Of a stretch of DNA of 64,000 bases, positions 1 through 10,081 are shown piece after piece. Both the position numbers and the translations under genes were made by a program. This stretch comes from Candidatus Kaiserbacteria bacterium. GTDB taxonomy: Bacteria; Patescibacteriota; Minisyncoccia; Phycocordibacterales; UBA2100. The notes beneath the pieces were generated by a model. The model made no database searches. It was not told the origin of the DNA and was given only the letters and a program-made list of their open reading frames with translations. The number at the start of each line of letters is the position of its first letter. Position 1 is the stretch's first letter. The DNA lies in NCBI GenBank assembly GCA_016186765.1, contig JACPLD010000001.1, positions 42,560-106,559 on the forward strand, read 5' to 3'.

Positions 1-411
1 TGGCTTGTGACGCGTGTATGGCTAACGCTCTCGAGCGTTGATACATCTCTGAGCTTGCGGCTCATAGAAGAAACGATCCGCGAGCGGGAAAAGCGGCACA
101 TTCAGAACGTGCGCGCAGCCGGTTCGTTCTTCGTGAATCCTGTCGCGCCGCAAGAGGTGCGGGGGCAATTTGAGAAAGAGAAGGGCATAAAGTCGCGCGA
201 AGGACGCGTGCCGGCTGGGTGGCTCATCGAAAAGGTTGGGCTCAAGGGTGCACGTATAGGTGGTGCCGTTGCGAGCGAACAGCACCCCAACTACATCAAA
301 AACGACGACAACGCGACAGCTGCGCAGGTGAAAGAACTCGCCCAAAAGATCAAAGACGCGGTGCGCGAGAAGTTTGGCGTAGAACTTCAGGAAGAAGCTG
401 TTGTCCTCTGA
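1..411 (+). CDS. murB: UDP-N-acetylenolpyruvoylglucosamine reductase, C-terminal part (runs off the window start)
   Basis: AGSFFVNP, AGWLIEKVGLKG and VREKFGVELQEE motifs of the MurB C-terminal domain. Confidence 0.93.
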   Translation, partial: WLVTRVWLTLSSVDTSLSLRLIEETIREREKRHIQNVRAAGSFFVNPVAPQEVRGQFEKEKGIKSREGRVPAGWLIEKVGLKGARIGGAVASEQHPNYIKNDDNATAAQVKELAQKIKDAVREKFGVELQEEAVVL

Positions 412-420
412 TTCTTGTTT

Positions 421-456
421 TATACTCCATACGCGATACCTTATACTCCATACGCT
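421..456. repeat. 7-bp-period tandem array (nATACnn x5)
   Basis: TATACTC CATACGC GATACCT TATACTC CATACGC directly before the ATG at 457. Confidence 0.85.
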
Positions 457-1032
457 ATGTCTTTTGAACCATACGCTGCGCGGACGCACGAGAAGATGAA
501 AGAGGTTCTGATGAATCCCGACGTGCCGGGGCCTGCGATCCACTACTACATGATCCGCGGCGGCTCGGAGAAGCGAAATATCACGATTTGGGAAAGCGGC
601 ACGGTGGGTGGTGAGTACATCAAAACGTACGGACATTACCATGTGGATGAGCTCGATGAGACCTATTGGGTGCTCACGGGCGAAGGCATCATCCTGCAGC
701 AAAAGCTCGCAGATCCGACAGTGCCGGACGTGGTTGAGGAATTCAAGGCCATTCGCGTGAAGGCAGGAGATTCCGTATACATGCCGCCGCAGGTCGGACA
801 CCTTGCCGTGAACATCGGGAAAACGTGGCTCGTCACTGCAGATGATAGTCCCGTGGCCGGTACCGGTGATTCCGCTTCAATGCCGGTCCATGCCGATTAC
901 GAATCAGTAAAGAAAATGTGCGGCTTCGCGTACTACGTTGTCGAAAAAGACGGCAAACCCGTGCTCGTCCCGAACAAGCTCTACAAAGAAATACGGAAAT
1001 CAGATTTCGGCGGAGTGCGTGTCTTGCAATAG
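457..1032 (+). CDS. Cupin-type (archaeal-like) glucose-6-phosphate isomerase family protein
   Basis: EYIKTYGHYH, ETYWVLTGEG and GDSVYMPPQVGHLAVNIG cupin motifs; start placed at ATG 457 because the upstream extension is the repeat array. Confidence 0.85.
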   Translation: MSFEPYAARTHEKMKEVLMNPDVPGPAIHYYMIRGGSEKRNITIWESGTVGGEYIKTYGHYHVDELDETYWVLTGEGIILQQKLADPTVPDVVEEFKAIRVKAGDSVYMPPQVGHLAVNIGKTWLVTADDSPVAGTGDSASMPVHADYESVKKMCGFAYYVVEKDGKPVLVPNKLYKEIRKSDFGGVRVLQ

Positions 1033-1094
1033 GGCAAGTTATAGTGTATTTCTTTTGAGGGTACATTCCAGTACCGGAATAGGAGTTTCCGCCC

Positions 1095-1403
1095 ATGATC
1101 ATGATCCTTGAGATGAACCCGGATGCCCGCGAGCGCATGAAAGTTGCGCTTGTCGAAGCAGGCTATTCAGTGCGAGGCTTTGACGATAAAGAAGCGCTTA
1201 TCGAAGCCTTGTGCCAAGACCCGCACAGCTGCGAGCTCGTTTTGATCGGAAATGGTAACCAGAGCTCGCTGTTCGACGCGATGAACATGTATTCATTTCT
1301 CGACTCGGTTCCAAGAGCGTCTGTCGGCAAAGCCATACCCGGCGACACGGACAGAAAGGAAAGATTAGTCCGCGTCGTGAAGAGATCCAAAAGAGCACTA
1401 TAA
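1095..1403 (+). CDS. Stand-alone receiver-like (CheY-fold) protein, degenerate
   Basis: MILEMNPDARERMKVALVEAGYSVRGF pattern resembles the REC N-terminus; LVLIG where LxxxD is expected. Confidence 0.5.
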   Translation: MIMILEMNPDARERMKVALVEAGYSVRGFDDKEALIEALCQDPHSCELVLIGNGNQSSLFDAMNMYSFLDSVPRASVGKAIPGDTDRKERLVRVVKRSKRAL

Positions 1404-1429
1404 CTTCTCGCGATGGCTGACTTGTTCTC

Positions 1430-1465
1430 GAGAAGCCCCGAAGGAAACTTTGGGGCTCTCATTTT
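1430..1465 (+). terminator. Intrinsic terminator-like hairpin
   Basis: AGCCCCGAAG-GAAA-CTTTGGGGCT followed by CTCATTTT. Confidence 0.6.
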
Positions 1466-1532
1466 ATGTAAGGCGTTGTGTTATACTTTCGCACTACCTA
1501 CCCCTACTGACCGTGTGGGGAGGGTTTGCGTT

Positions 1533-4160
1533 ATGGAAGACAAAATCATCGTCAAGGGCGCGCGTACGCATAATTTGAAAGATATTACCGTGGAGATACC
1601 GCGCAATAAGATGGTCGTATTTACGGGACTCTCGGGCAGCGGGAAGTCGTCTTTGGCGTTCGACACGATCTTCGCCGAAGGCCAGCGCAAATATGTGGAG
1701 TCGCTCTCGGCGTACGCACGACAATTCCTTCGGCAAATGCAGAAGCCGGATGTCGATGAGATCTCGGGGCTTTCTCCGGCGATCTCGATAGATCAAAAAA
1801 GTCGTTCAAACAATCCACGTTCAACGGTGGCGACTATCACGGAAATCTATGACTACCTGCGCGTCCTCTACGCGCGTATCGGCAAACCACACTGTCTCCT
1901 ATGTGGAAGGGAAGTACGGAAGCGTTCCAACGAGGAAATTCTTGATACGGTGCTCAGGATTGTTGATAAGGCGCTGAAACATCAAGGACCGTCCTCGATG
2001 AAATATAAAGGACGGTCCTTGATATCTAGTGTGTCGAGGACAAAAATTCGCATCGGCGCGCCGCTTATAGTTGGTCGTAAGGGAGAATACTACCAACTGC
2101 TCTACGATCTGCTTAACAAAGGCTTCGAGAAGGTGGTCGTGGATGGGCAGGAGAAATCGCTACGCGAGCGGATAGAGCTCAAGAAACATTTTAAACACTC
2201 GATAGACGTTGTAGTGGACGAGATCTTCGTTTCGGAGTTCAAGGATGATCCGAAGGGAACGCGCGAGCGCGCGTCTGAGGCGATTGAGCGCGCACTACAC
2301 GAATCCGATGGTCTCGTGCGCATTACGGATCCAGACGGCACCGACCACCTTGTTTCCGCCAAATTCATGTGTGCGTACGACGGCTTTTCATTTCCAGAGG
2401 TCGAGCCGCGGCTCTTCTCATTCAACTCTCCCTACGGGGCGTGTCCGGAATGCAAGGGATTGGGCACGAAGTATTTCTTTGGTGATGAACCGTGCGACGT
2501 TTGTAGAGGAGCGCGGCTAAGGCCGGAGTCGCTGAATGTATTTCTCGGGGCTGTCAAGGAGCGCGAGGCGCACGATGGACCGGCAATCGGAACAAATATC
2601 GTGAATCTATCCTCTCTCTCGATCGAGGAAGCGATGGGTTTTTTTAAAAAGCTGAGACTCACGAAAAAAGAAGAAGAGATCTCGTATGTTGTTGTGAAGG
2701 AAATCACGAGTCGCCTGCAGTTCATGCTCAACGTCGGCATCGAATATTTAACGCTCGATCGGAAGGCGAACACACTCTCAGGTGGTGAGGCACAACGCAT
2801 ACGGCTTGCTTCGCAGCTAGGCAGTGGTCTTGTCGGCGCATTGTACGTGCTCGATGAGCCGACGATAGGGCTTCATCAGCGCGACAACGACAAGCTCATC
2901 GAGACCCTGAAGCACTTGCGCGATCTGGGCAACACGGTTCTCGTCGTCGAGCACGACGAAGATACAATCTTCGCCTCCGACTACGTGGTCGACCTTGGTC
3001 CGGGTGCCGGCACGCACGGCGGGAACGTCGTCGTCTCGGGCTGGCTCGACCCGCTCCTTACCGCAAAGTCAAACAGATCGGGCTCGCGCACACTCGCCTA
3101 TTTGCGGGATGAAGTTCGAATCGAGATACCAGAGGGGAGACGGACCGCGGACAAGGGAAAGGTAAAGATACGAGGCGCGTCGAAGTTCAACCTCAACAAA
3201 ATCAACGTCGATGTTCCGCTTGGAAAGTTGATCTGCATCACCGGTGTTTCCGGCTCAGGAAAGTCGACGTTCTTGTATGAGATCCTTCATCGAAATCTGC
3301 AAGCTCGTTTCGACAAGCGCTACCGGAGCGCAAAGACGTACAATGCCGCCGAATTTTCCGGCACAGAGTATCTTGGACGCTCCATACTCATCGATCAATC
3401 GCCGATCGGCCGCACGCCGCGCAGCAATCCTGCGACCTACACAGGAGCGTGGAGTCATATTCGCGACATGTTTGCGATGAGTGAAGAAGCACGTACGCGC
3501 GGATGGGCTCCGGGGCGCTTTTCGTTCAATGTGAAGGGTGGTCGCTGCGAGGCGTGTCAGGGGAACGGTCTCGTCGCTGTCGAAATGCACTTTTTGCCAA
3601 CAGTCTACGTTACATGCGACGTATGCAATGGAAAGCGTTTTATGAAAGAAACCCTCGAGGTGAAATATAAGAAAAAAAGCATTCACGATATTCTGACGAT
3701 GACGGTAGAAGAGGCACTCGCATTCTTCGAGGATATTCCGGCGATCGCCGATCGGCTGCAAACGCTCTCCGACGTGGGCCTCGATTACCTCGAACTCGGT
3801 CAGAGCGCTACGACCTTGAGCGGCGGAGAAGCACAACGCGTGAAGATCGCCTCCGAGCTCTATCGACCGCTCACGACAAAAACCATCTACCTCCTCGATG
3901 AGCCAACGGTGGGGCTTCACTACGACGACGTAGCGAAACTCATTTCTATTCTTCAAAAGCTCGTGGAGCGCGGCAACACGGTCGTGGTTATCGAGCACAA
4001 CCTCGATGTCCTCAAGTCAGCTGATTACATCATCGATCTTGGTCCTGAGGGCGGCGAGCGTGGTGGAACAATAGTTGCACGAGGTACTCCCGAACAGGTA
4101 TCAAAAACGGAGGGTTCCCATACGGGCTTTTATCTCAAGCGGGTTCTGAAGAAACGTTAA
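1533..4160 (+). CDS. uvrA: Excinuclease ABC subunit A
   Basis: Two ABC ATPase modules ([26 protein letters not shown] twice) and CxxC zinc fingers; start at [10 protein letters not shown]. Confidence 0.98.
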   Translation: MEDKIIVKGARTHNLKDITVEIPRNKMVVFTGLSGSGKSSLAFDTIFAEGQRKYVESLSAYARQFLRQMQKPDVDEISGLSPAISIDQKSRSNNPRSTVATITEIYDYLRVLYARIGKPHCLLCGREVRKRSNEEILDTVLRIVDKALKHQGPSSMKYKGRSLISSVSRTKIRIGAPLIVGRKGEYYQLLYDLLNKGFEKVVVDGQEKSLRERIELKKHFKHSIDVVVDEIFVSEFKDDPKGTRERASEAIERALHESDGLVRITDPDGTDHLVSAKFMCAYDGFSFPEVEPRLFSFNSPYGACPECKGLGTKYFFGDEPCDVCRGARLRPESLNVFLGAVKEREAHDGPAIGTNIVNLSSLSIEEAMGFFKKLRLTKKEEEISYVVVKEITSRLQFMLNVGIEYLTLDRKANTLSGGEAQRIRLASQLGSGLVGALYVLDEPTIGLHQRDNDKLIETLKHLRDLGNTVLVVEHDEDTIFASDYVVDLGPGAGTHGGNVVVSGWLDPLLTAKSNRSGSRTLAYLRDEVRIEIPEGRRTADKGKVKIRGASKFNLNKINVDVPLGKLICITGVSGSGKSTFLYEILHRNLQARFDKRYRSAKTYNAAEFSGTEYLGRSILIDQSPIGRTPRSNPATYTGAWSHIRDMFAMSEEARTRGWAPGRFSFNVKGGRCEACQGNGLVAVEMHFLPTVYVTCDVCNGKRFMKETLEVKYKKKSIHDILTMTVEEALAFFEDIPAIADRLQTLSDVGLDYLELGQSATTLSGGEAQRVKIASELYRPLTTKTIYLLDEPTVGLHYDDVAKLISILQKLVERGNTVVVIEHNLDVLKSADYIIDLGPEGGERGGTIVARGTPEQVSKTEGSHTGFYLKRVLKKR

Positions 4161-7100
4161 CTGTGGTACTCATCCCACGCCTTCGCCTTCAAGCCATTTC
4201 TCTTTTGCTCAGCAAGCGCGGTCACGAACGCCTCAGCGAGCTGGCGGTTCGTGATGAGGGGAATGTTCATGTCGACTGCCTTGCGCCGTATGATGAAGCC
4301 GTCGGTATTCTCCCGCTCGTACGCCCGGGTTGGAATATTGATGATGAGATCTACGGCGCCTTCTTCTATGAGCGATAGGACGCTTGGCTCGCGTTTCGAG
4401 CTTATTTTGTACACCTTCTCGCAAGCAACACCGTTTACGGAGAGGAAATCGGCCGTGTGTTCGGTAGCGAACAGTTTGAATTTCAAATCTACCAAGAGCT
4501 GCATCGAGGACAGCAGTTTCAGTTTGTTCTCTTCTTTGCCGAGTGATACGAGGATATTTTTCTTGGGCAGTCTGAAGCCGGAGGCGAGCATGGCTTTAAG
4601 AAGGGCCTCACCGTAGGTATCGCCGAAGCAGGCGACCTCGCCAGTCGAAGCCATTTCCACGAATGAACGGGGGTCTGCGCCCTTGATGCGGCCGTATGAA
4701 AATTGCGGCGACTTGACTGCCACATAATCTAATTCAAGTGTCTGATAGCGTTGATGAATGTCCTCGCCTCGCCCCGTTAGAGAAACACCCCTCTCTAACG
4801 GGGCGAGCATCGCGCGCGTCGCGATATCAATGAAATTGTAACCAGTGACTTTAGAAACGAAAGGAAAGGAACGACTGGCTCGCACATTACATTCGATTAC
4901 TTGCAGGCGATTGTCCTTTGCAATGAATTGCACGTTGAAAGGACCAGTGATCTTGAGCTCGCGGACGATCGCTCTTGCTACGTCTTTGGCGCGCCTTGTA
5001 GTTTCGAGGTAGGTGCGCTGCGGAGGTAAGACAACAGTCGCATCTCCTGAGTGCGTCCCAGCGTTCTCAATGTGCTCAGTGATCGCATAGATCAGGAGCG
5101 ATCCTTGCGTGGCAACACCGTCGATCTCTATTTCACGCGCGTTCTCGATGAACTTCGAAATCACGACAGGATGATCTGGGGAAACATCAGCAGCACGTTG
5201 GAGGTACGTAATGAGCCTCTCGCGATTCAAGGCGACACTCATTGCCGCACCCGAGAGCACATACGAGGGACGTACCAAAACTGGATACCCGATCTTTTCT
5301 GCAGCACGAATGGCTGCACTCGGACTCGTGAGCTCCGCCCACGCCGGCTGATCGATCCCCAATCGGTCGAGCAGCTTTGAGAAGGCGTGACGGTTTTCAG
5401 CACGGTCGATATTGCGCGGGTTTGTTCCAAAGATCTTTATACCGGCTTTTTGAAGCGGAAGCGCGAGGTTGTTCGGTATCTGCCCACCAGTGGAGACGAT
5501 GACGCCTTTGGGTTTTTCGAACTCGACGATATCCAAAACACGCTCGAGCGAGAGTTCCTCGAAATAGAGTCTGTCCGACATATCGTAGTCGGTCGAGACG
5601 GTTTCGGGATTCGAATTTATCATGATGGTCTGGTATCCCTTTTTGGCAAGTGTCGAAAGGGCCTGCACTCCCGACCAATCGAATTCTACTGATGAGCCGA
5701 TTGCATACGGACCGCTTCCCAGGACGATCGCACTGTGCTTTCCGGGTTTGATGTCGTGCTCGCTCCCATGGTAGGTGAGATAGAGGTAGTTCGTCTTCGC
5801 AGGAAACTCCCCGGCGAGTGTGTCTACCTGTTTGATGCTCGGGAGTATGGCGTATTTTTTGCGCAGCGTGCGGATCTTTTCTTCAGAGATTTTCTTAAGC
5901 GTTGCTACCTGCCTATCCGAAAAACCAAGCTTCTTGGCGTCGAGAAGAGCATTCCTACCAAGGTCCGACCTTGATAGAGAGCGGCCGAAGTCGGTTATGT
6001 TTTTCATCTTTTCTAGGAACCACGTGTCGATCCCGGAGAGTGCGTGAATCTTTTGCACAGAGGTTCCTTTCTTGAGCGCTTCTGCTATTGCGAAGATGCG
6101 ACGCGTTGTTGGCTCCCGGATTTCTTTGAGGTATTCGGGCATTTGAAAGTTGTTGCTTCGGTGCGCGGTGAAGCCGTCTGCGCCGATATTCAGCATCCGT
6201 AGGGCCTTTTGGAGCACCTCCTCAAAGCTTCTTCCGATCGCCATTACCTCGCCGACGCTCTTCATCTCGCTCCCTATCGCAGAGCTCGCGTGGTCGAACT
6301 TTGTGATGTCCCAACGGGGGATCTTGAGAACAAGGTAGTCGAGTGCGGGTTCGAAGCACGCCGTTGTCTTTTTCGTCACGGAGTTTTTGAGCTCGGGAAG
6401 CGTATAGCCGAGAGCAAGCATTGCGGCGACAAACGCTAAGGGATAGCCGGTTGCCTTGGAGGCAAGTGCCGAAGAGCGAGAGAGTCTCGCATTCACCTCT
6501 ATCACGCGGTACTCGCCGGTCTTGGAATGCAACGCATACTGGATGTTGCACTCGCCAACGATGCCGAGATGCCGGATGACGCGGATCGCGATCTCGCGGA
6601 GACGGTGATACTCCTCGTTCGTGAGGGTTTGCGAGGGGGCGACGACGATCGAATCTCCGGTGTGGACACCCATCGGATCGATGTTTTCCATGTTGCAGAC
6701 CGTGACGCAGTTGTCGGCCGCGTCGCGCACGACTTCGTATTCGATTTCCTTCCATCCGCCCACGTACTCCTCGATAAGAACTTGCGGCACGGCACGGAAC
6801 ACCTCCTTGAGTTTTTCGGAGAGTGCTGTTCCGTCTCGAACGACACCCGATCCTTCGCCGCCTAAGGCAAATCCAGCGCGCACCATGACAGGATAGCCGA
6901 TCTTCTCCGCCGCCTTCTGCGCTTCCGGAATGGTCGATGCCGCCTGGCTTCGGGGTGTTGCGACGCCGATCTCATTGAGGCAACGAACGAAGAGGTCGCG
7001 ATCTTCGGTGTTGCGGATGGCCGAGACTGGCGTGCCGAGCACACGGACGGCGTACTTCTTGAGGATGCCACGCTCGTCGAGAGCGAGTCCGAGGTTCAGG

Positions 7101-7378
7101 GCTGTTTGGCCTCCAAAGCCTAGGAGAATGCCGTCTGGTCGCTCTTTCTTGATGACGTGCGTTGCGAACTGGAGCGTGAGAGGGAGGAAATAGACGGTGT
7201 CGGCGAACGTCTCGTTCGTCTGAATGGTAGCGATGTTCGGATTGATGAGGACGACTTTTATGCCTTCCTCTTTAAGAGCTTTGATCGCCTGTGAACCGGA
7301 GTAGTCGAACTCACCTGCCTGGCCGATCTTGAGACCACCGGATCCGAGCAGCAATACTTTCTTTGGTTTGGATTTCAT
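4157..7378 (-). CDS. carB: Carbamoyl-phosphate synthase large subunit
   Basis: IGQAGEFDYSGSQA, duplicated ATP-grasp domains, C-terminal MGS domain; start at MKSKPKKVLLLGSG. Confidence 0.98.
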   Translation of the reverse strand: MKSKPKKVLLLGSGGLKIGQAGEFDYSGSQAIKALKEEGIKVVLINPNIATIQTNETFADTVYFLPLTLQFATHVIKKERPDGILLGFGGQTALNLGLALDERGILKKYAVRVLGTPVSAIRNTEDRDLFVRCLNEIGVATPRSQAASTIPEAQKAAEKIGYPVMVRAGFALGGEGSGVVRDGTALSEKLKEVFRAVPQVLIEEYVGGWKEIEYEVVRDAADNCVTVCNMENIDPMGVHTGDSIVVAPSQTLTNEEYHRLREIAIRVIRHLGIVGECNIQYALHSKTGEYRVIEVNARLSRSSALASKATGYPLAFVAAMLALGYTLPELKNSVTKKTTACFEPALDYLVLKIPRWDITKFDHASSAIGSEMKSVGEVMAIGRSFEEVLQKALRMLNIGADGFTAHRSNNFQMPEYLKEIREPTTRRIFAIAEALKKGTSVQKIHALSGIDTWFLEKMKNITDFGRSLSRSDLGRNALLDAKKLGFSDRQVATLKKISEEKIRTLRKKYAILPSIKQVDTLAGEFPAKTNYLYLTYHGSEHDIKPGKHSAIVLGSGPYAIGSSVEFDWSGVQALSTLAKKGYQTIMINSNPETVSTDYDMSDRLYFEELSLERVLDIVEFEKPKGVIVSTGGQIPNNLALPLQKAGIKIFGTNPRNIDRAENRHAFSKLLDRLGIDQPAWAELTSPSAAIRAAEKIGYPVLVRPSYVLSGAAMSVALNRERLITYLQRAADVSPDHPVVISKFIENAREIEIDGVATQGSLLIYAITEHIENAGTHSGDATVVLPPQRTYLETTRRAKDVARAIVRELKITGPFNVQFIAKDNRLQVIECNVRASRSFPFVSKVTGYNFIDIATRAMLAPLERGVSLTGRGEDIHQRYQTLELDYVAVKSPQFSYGRIKGADPRSFVEMASTGEVACFGDTYGEALLKAMLASGFRLPKKNILVSLGKEENKLKLLSSMQLLVDLKFKLFATEHTADFLSVNGVACEKVYKISSKREPSVLSLIEEGAVDLIINIPTRAYERENTDGFIIRRKAVDMNIPLITNRQLAEAFVTALAEQKRNGLKAKAWDEYHS

Positions 7379-8490
7379 ATGTCTGTACTTTTGCCTTTTG
7401 CCCTTTGCCTTTTGAGTTGCTCTACGAATTCGTCGAATATCCATGCCGTATCTGTTGGGCCCGGAGAGGCTTCAGGGTGAAATTGAACGGAGCTCCACGG
7501 CTTCGTTTTATGTCGGATGCCCTCATTGCTGTCGTCGTTTGCGTTCACGAACCATTCCTCCCAGCCGGAGGGCAGGGATTTTCCGTCCACCGCGAAGCCG
7601 TGGTTTTGCGAGGTGATGTAGCAGCGTTTCGTGTTTTGCTCGACACATGGTTGGTTCTGTGAGCGGTGACCGTACTTGAGTTTGTAGGTTTTCCCGCCGG
7701 CGGCGAGCGCGAGTAGCTGATTGCCGAGGCATACGCCGAGGATCGGCTTTCCTCTTTTCATCGCGACGCGTATGTTCTCAATAGTCTTAGCGCACATTGT
7801 CGGATCGCCGGGGCCGTTCGAAAGCAGGAGGCCGTCGTACCTCTCTTTATTGAAATCGTAGTCCCATGGGACGCGAATTACCGTCGCACCTCGAGAAAGA
7901 AGGGAGCGGAGAATATTTTCCTTCATCCCACAGTCGACGGCAACGATCCTCGGCTTCCCGCCTTCGCGGGGCCGTAGCCCGCTTCGGCGAGGCGGAGGCC
8001 CGCCGCGATAGATTTGTTTCTTCTTCGGGCTTACCCGCTCGACGAGATTTTCTTCATTCGGATCTACGAACCCCTTTGGTTTCCCACTATGCACAAGTTC
8101 GCCTAAAAGAACGCCGTGCTCGCGCAATCTCTTTGTGAGCGTGCGTGTGTCGACGCCCGAGATCGCAGGGACGCCTGATTTTTTGAGCCAATCGGCAAGT
8201 GAGCGCACAGCCTTCGCATGCGAGTACTTCTCGGAATACTCCGAAACGACAAGACCGGCGATCTGTACTCTTTGAGATTCGAAAAACTTTTTGGCGGGTA
8301 CACCGTAGTTGCCAATGAGAGGATAGGTGCAGACCAATATTTGTCCCGCGTAGGACGGATCGGTGAATGCTTCAGGGTATCCAACCATGCCCGTGTTGAA
8401 GACAACTTCGCCAGCAACCGATCCGCCAGCTGGCGGAGCGCCGAAGCTCTTTCCCTCGATGACTGTTCCGTCTTTAAGGAATAATTTCAT
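7375..8490 (-). CDS. carA: Carbamoyl-phosphate synthase small (glutaminase) subunit
   Basis: GEVVFNTGMVGY, SNGPGDP, GVCLGNQ, VQFHPEASPGP; 4-nt overlap with carB. Confidence 0.98.
   Translation of the reverse strand: MKLFLKDGTVIEGKSFGAPPAGGSVAGEVVFNTGMVGYPEAFTDPSYAGQILVCTYPLIGNYGVPAKKFFESQRVQIAGLVVSEYSEKYSHAKAVRSLADWLKKSGVPAISGVDTRTLTKRLREHGVLLGELVHSGKPKGFVDPNEENLVERVSPKKKQIYRGGPPPRRSGLRPREGGKPRIVAVDCGMKENILRSLLSRGATVIRVPWDYDFNKERYDGLLLSNGPGDPTMCAKTIENIRVAMKRGKPILGVCLGNQLLALAAGGKTYKLKYGHRSQNQPCVEQNTKRCYITSQNHGFAVDGKSLPSGWEEWFVNANDDSNEGIRHKTKPWSSVQFHPEASPGPTDTAWIFDEFVEQLKRQRAKGKSTDI
7388..7415. repeat. 7-bp-period array (CTTTTGC family) at the carA/carB junction
   Basis: CTTTTGC CTTTTGC CCTTTGC CTTTTGA, translated as the CarA tail. 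Confidence 0.8.
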
Positions 8491-8665
8491 AATTTGGAGT
8501 GTCCGCCTTCGCCAAGGCTTCGGCGGATTACTTTCTTACTAAAATGCCCGCTAACCGCGGGCACTGAAGGAAAGTAAAAAAATACACCCGGGTGGGTGTT
8601 CTTGCGGTGGAAACCACTGGAGTCCATTAAAGCCAAACTCTAGCAAATCCATTTTGTACTGTCAA
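8491..8665 (-). promoter_or_regulatory. Sigma70 promoter and attenuator-like leader of carAB
   Basis: Minus strand TTGACA (8665-8660), 17 bp, TAGAGT (8642-8637); then ACACCC-ACCC-GGGTGT-ATTTTTTT terminator (8599-8576) upstream of the carA start. Confidence 0.7.
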
Positions 8666-8731
8666 ACCGGATGACTTGTGTATACCCCATGAGATGGCGG
8701 CTTTGCCTATCTCACGGGGTATACTCTCGCT

Positions 8732-9994
8732 GTGAAGCGAGAGGACATTAAAAAAATCAAGCTACCGGATTCAGCTGGCGTGTATCTCTTCAAGAAGGGG
8801 AGAAAGATCCTGTACATCGGCAAAGCCGCGTCCTTGAAGGATCGCGTCCGCAGCTACTTTGCGACGGATCTCGTACAGGGGAGAGGGACGCGCATTGTGG
8901 GAATGGTGGCCGAGGCGACGTCGGTCTCATGGCAAAAGACGGATTCCGTCCTTGAAGCACTCATGCTCGAAGCGAACCTCATCAAGCATCATCAGCCGCC
9001 GTACAACGTCGACCAAAAAGACAACAAGAGTTGGAACTACGTCGTCATCACAAAGGAGGATTTTCCGCGCGTTCTTGTCGTGCGTGGGCGCGGACTGTTT
9101 CAAAATTATGGGTTTCGTAAACCCTTACATATTAGTGGTTTACGAAACCCCTACATTGTTGGGCCGTACCCGCATGGTGGCCAGCTTCGAGAGGCAGTCA
9201 GAATGGTTCGCCGGATATTTCCATTCAGAGACAAGTGCACTCCACGTGTGGGCAAGTCTTGTTTCAACAGGCAGATCGGTCTCTGCCCGGGGGTGTGCAC
9301 CGGTGAGATATCGAAAGAAGAATACGCTCGAACCATTCGCAGTATTTGCGAACTATTTTCTGGGAACTTTAAGGGCCTCAAACGGCGTCTTGCTCGGGAG
9401 ATGAAGGCAGCAGCAACACGCGAAGATTTTGAACAGGCAGAAAGCTTCCGGCGGCAGATCTCTGCTCTCGAACATGTTCGTGATGTTTCGCTCATCAAAG
9501 ATGAATTCAGGCATTCATACGGCGGCCCTTCGACTTCGCTCAGGGCAAGCGGGACGCGCATTGAGGCGTTTGATGTTGCGCATATGGCCGGGGAAGAGAC
9601 GGTGGGCGTCATGACCGTGGTTGATAATGGCGAGCCGTACAAAGCGGCATATAGAAAATTCAATGTCCGGACCGCGACAAACGACGACGTGGCTGCGCTC
9701 AAAGAAATTTTGTCACGCCGCTTGAATCACACTGAGTGGCCTCTGCCTCGTGTGTTTGTCGTTGACGGAGGCCGTGCGCAGGTATGTGCTGCAGAACGCA
9801 TCTTGGAGAAGGTCGGGGTAATGATTCCAGTTATCGGCGTCGTGAAAAATGAATTCCATCGCCCCGAGCGTCTGATTGGAGACGAACGCGCAATTCAAGC
9901 CTTCGAGCGCGATATTTTACTCGCTAACAGCGAAGCACATCGCTTTGCTGTCGCATATCATAGGAAAAAGCGACAGCAAAGAAGTATCCAATAA
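8732..9994 (+). CDS. uvrC: UvrC-family excinuclease, short form (GIY-YIG, UVR, RNase H-like; no obvious C-terminal HhH)
   Basis: GVYLFK..ILYIGKA..LKDRVRSYF, IEAFDVAH, VDGGRAQ, EAHRFAVAYHR. Confidence 0.88.
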   Translation: MKREDIKKIKLPDSAGVYLFKKGRKILYIGKAASLKDRVRSYFATDLVQGRGTRIVGMVAEATSVSWQKTDSVLEALMLEANLIKHHQPPYNVDQKDNKSWNYVVITKEDFPRVLVVRGRGLFQNYGFRKPLHISGLRNPYIVGPYPHGGQLREAVRMVRRIFPFRDKCTPRVGKSCFNRQIGLCPGVCTGEISKEEYARTIRSICELFSGNFKGLKRRLAREMKAAATREDFEQAESFRRQISALEHVRDVSLIKDEFRHSYGGPSTSLRASGTRIEAFDVAHMAGEETVGVMTVVDNGEPYKAAYRKFNVRTATNDDVAALKEILSRRLNHTEWPLPRVFVVDGGRAQVCAAERILEKVGVMIPVIGVVKNEFHRPERLIGDERAIQAFERDILLANSEAHRFAVAYHRKKRQQRSIQ

Positions 9995-10058
9995 CCAAGA
10001 AACAAGTTCTAGGAAGAATTTGAATAGTTTGGAAACTGTATCTTGGAATTTGGAGCTT
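9988..10058. repeat. Inverted pair of 7-bp-period arrays (CCAA.../TTGG... family)
   Basis: CCAATAA CCAAGAA ACAAGTT ... TTGGAAA CTGTATC TTGGAAT TTGGAGC. Confidence 0.7.
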
Positions 10059-10081
10059 CACAAAGTGATATACTTTGTGCT

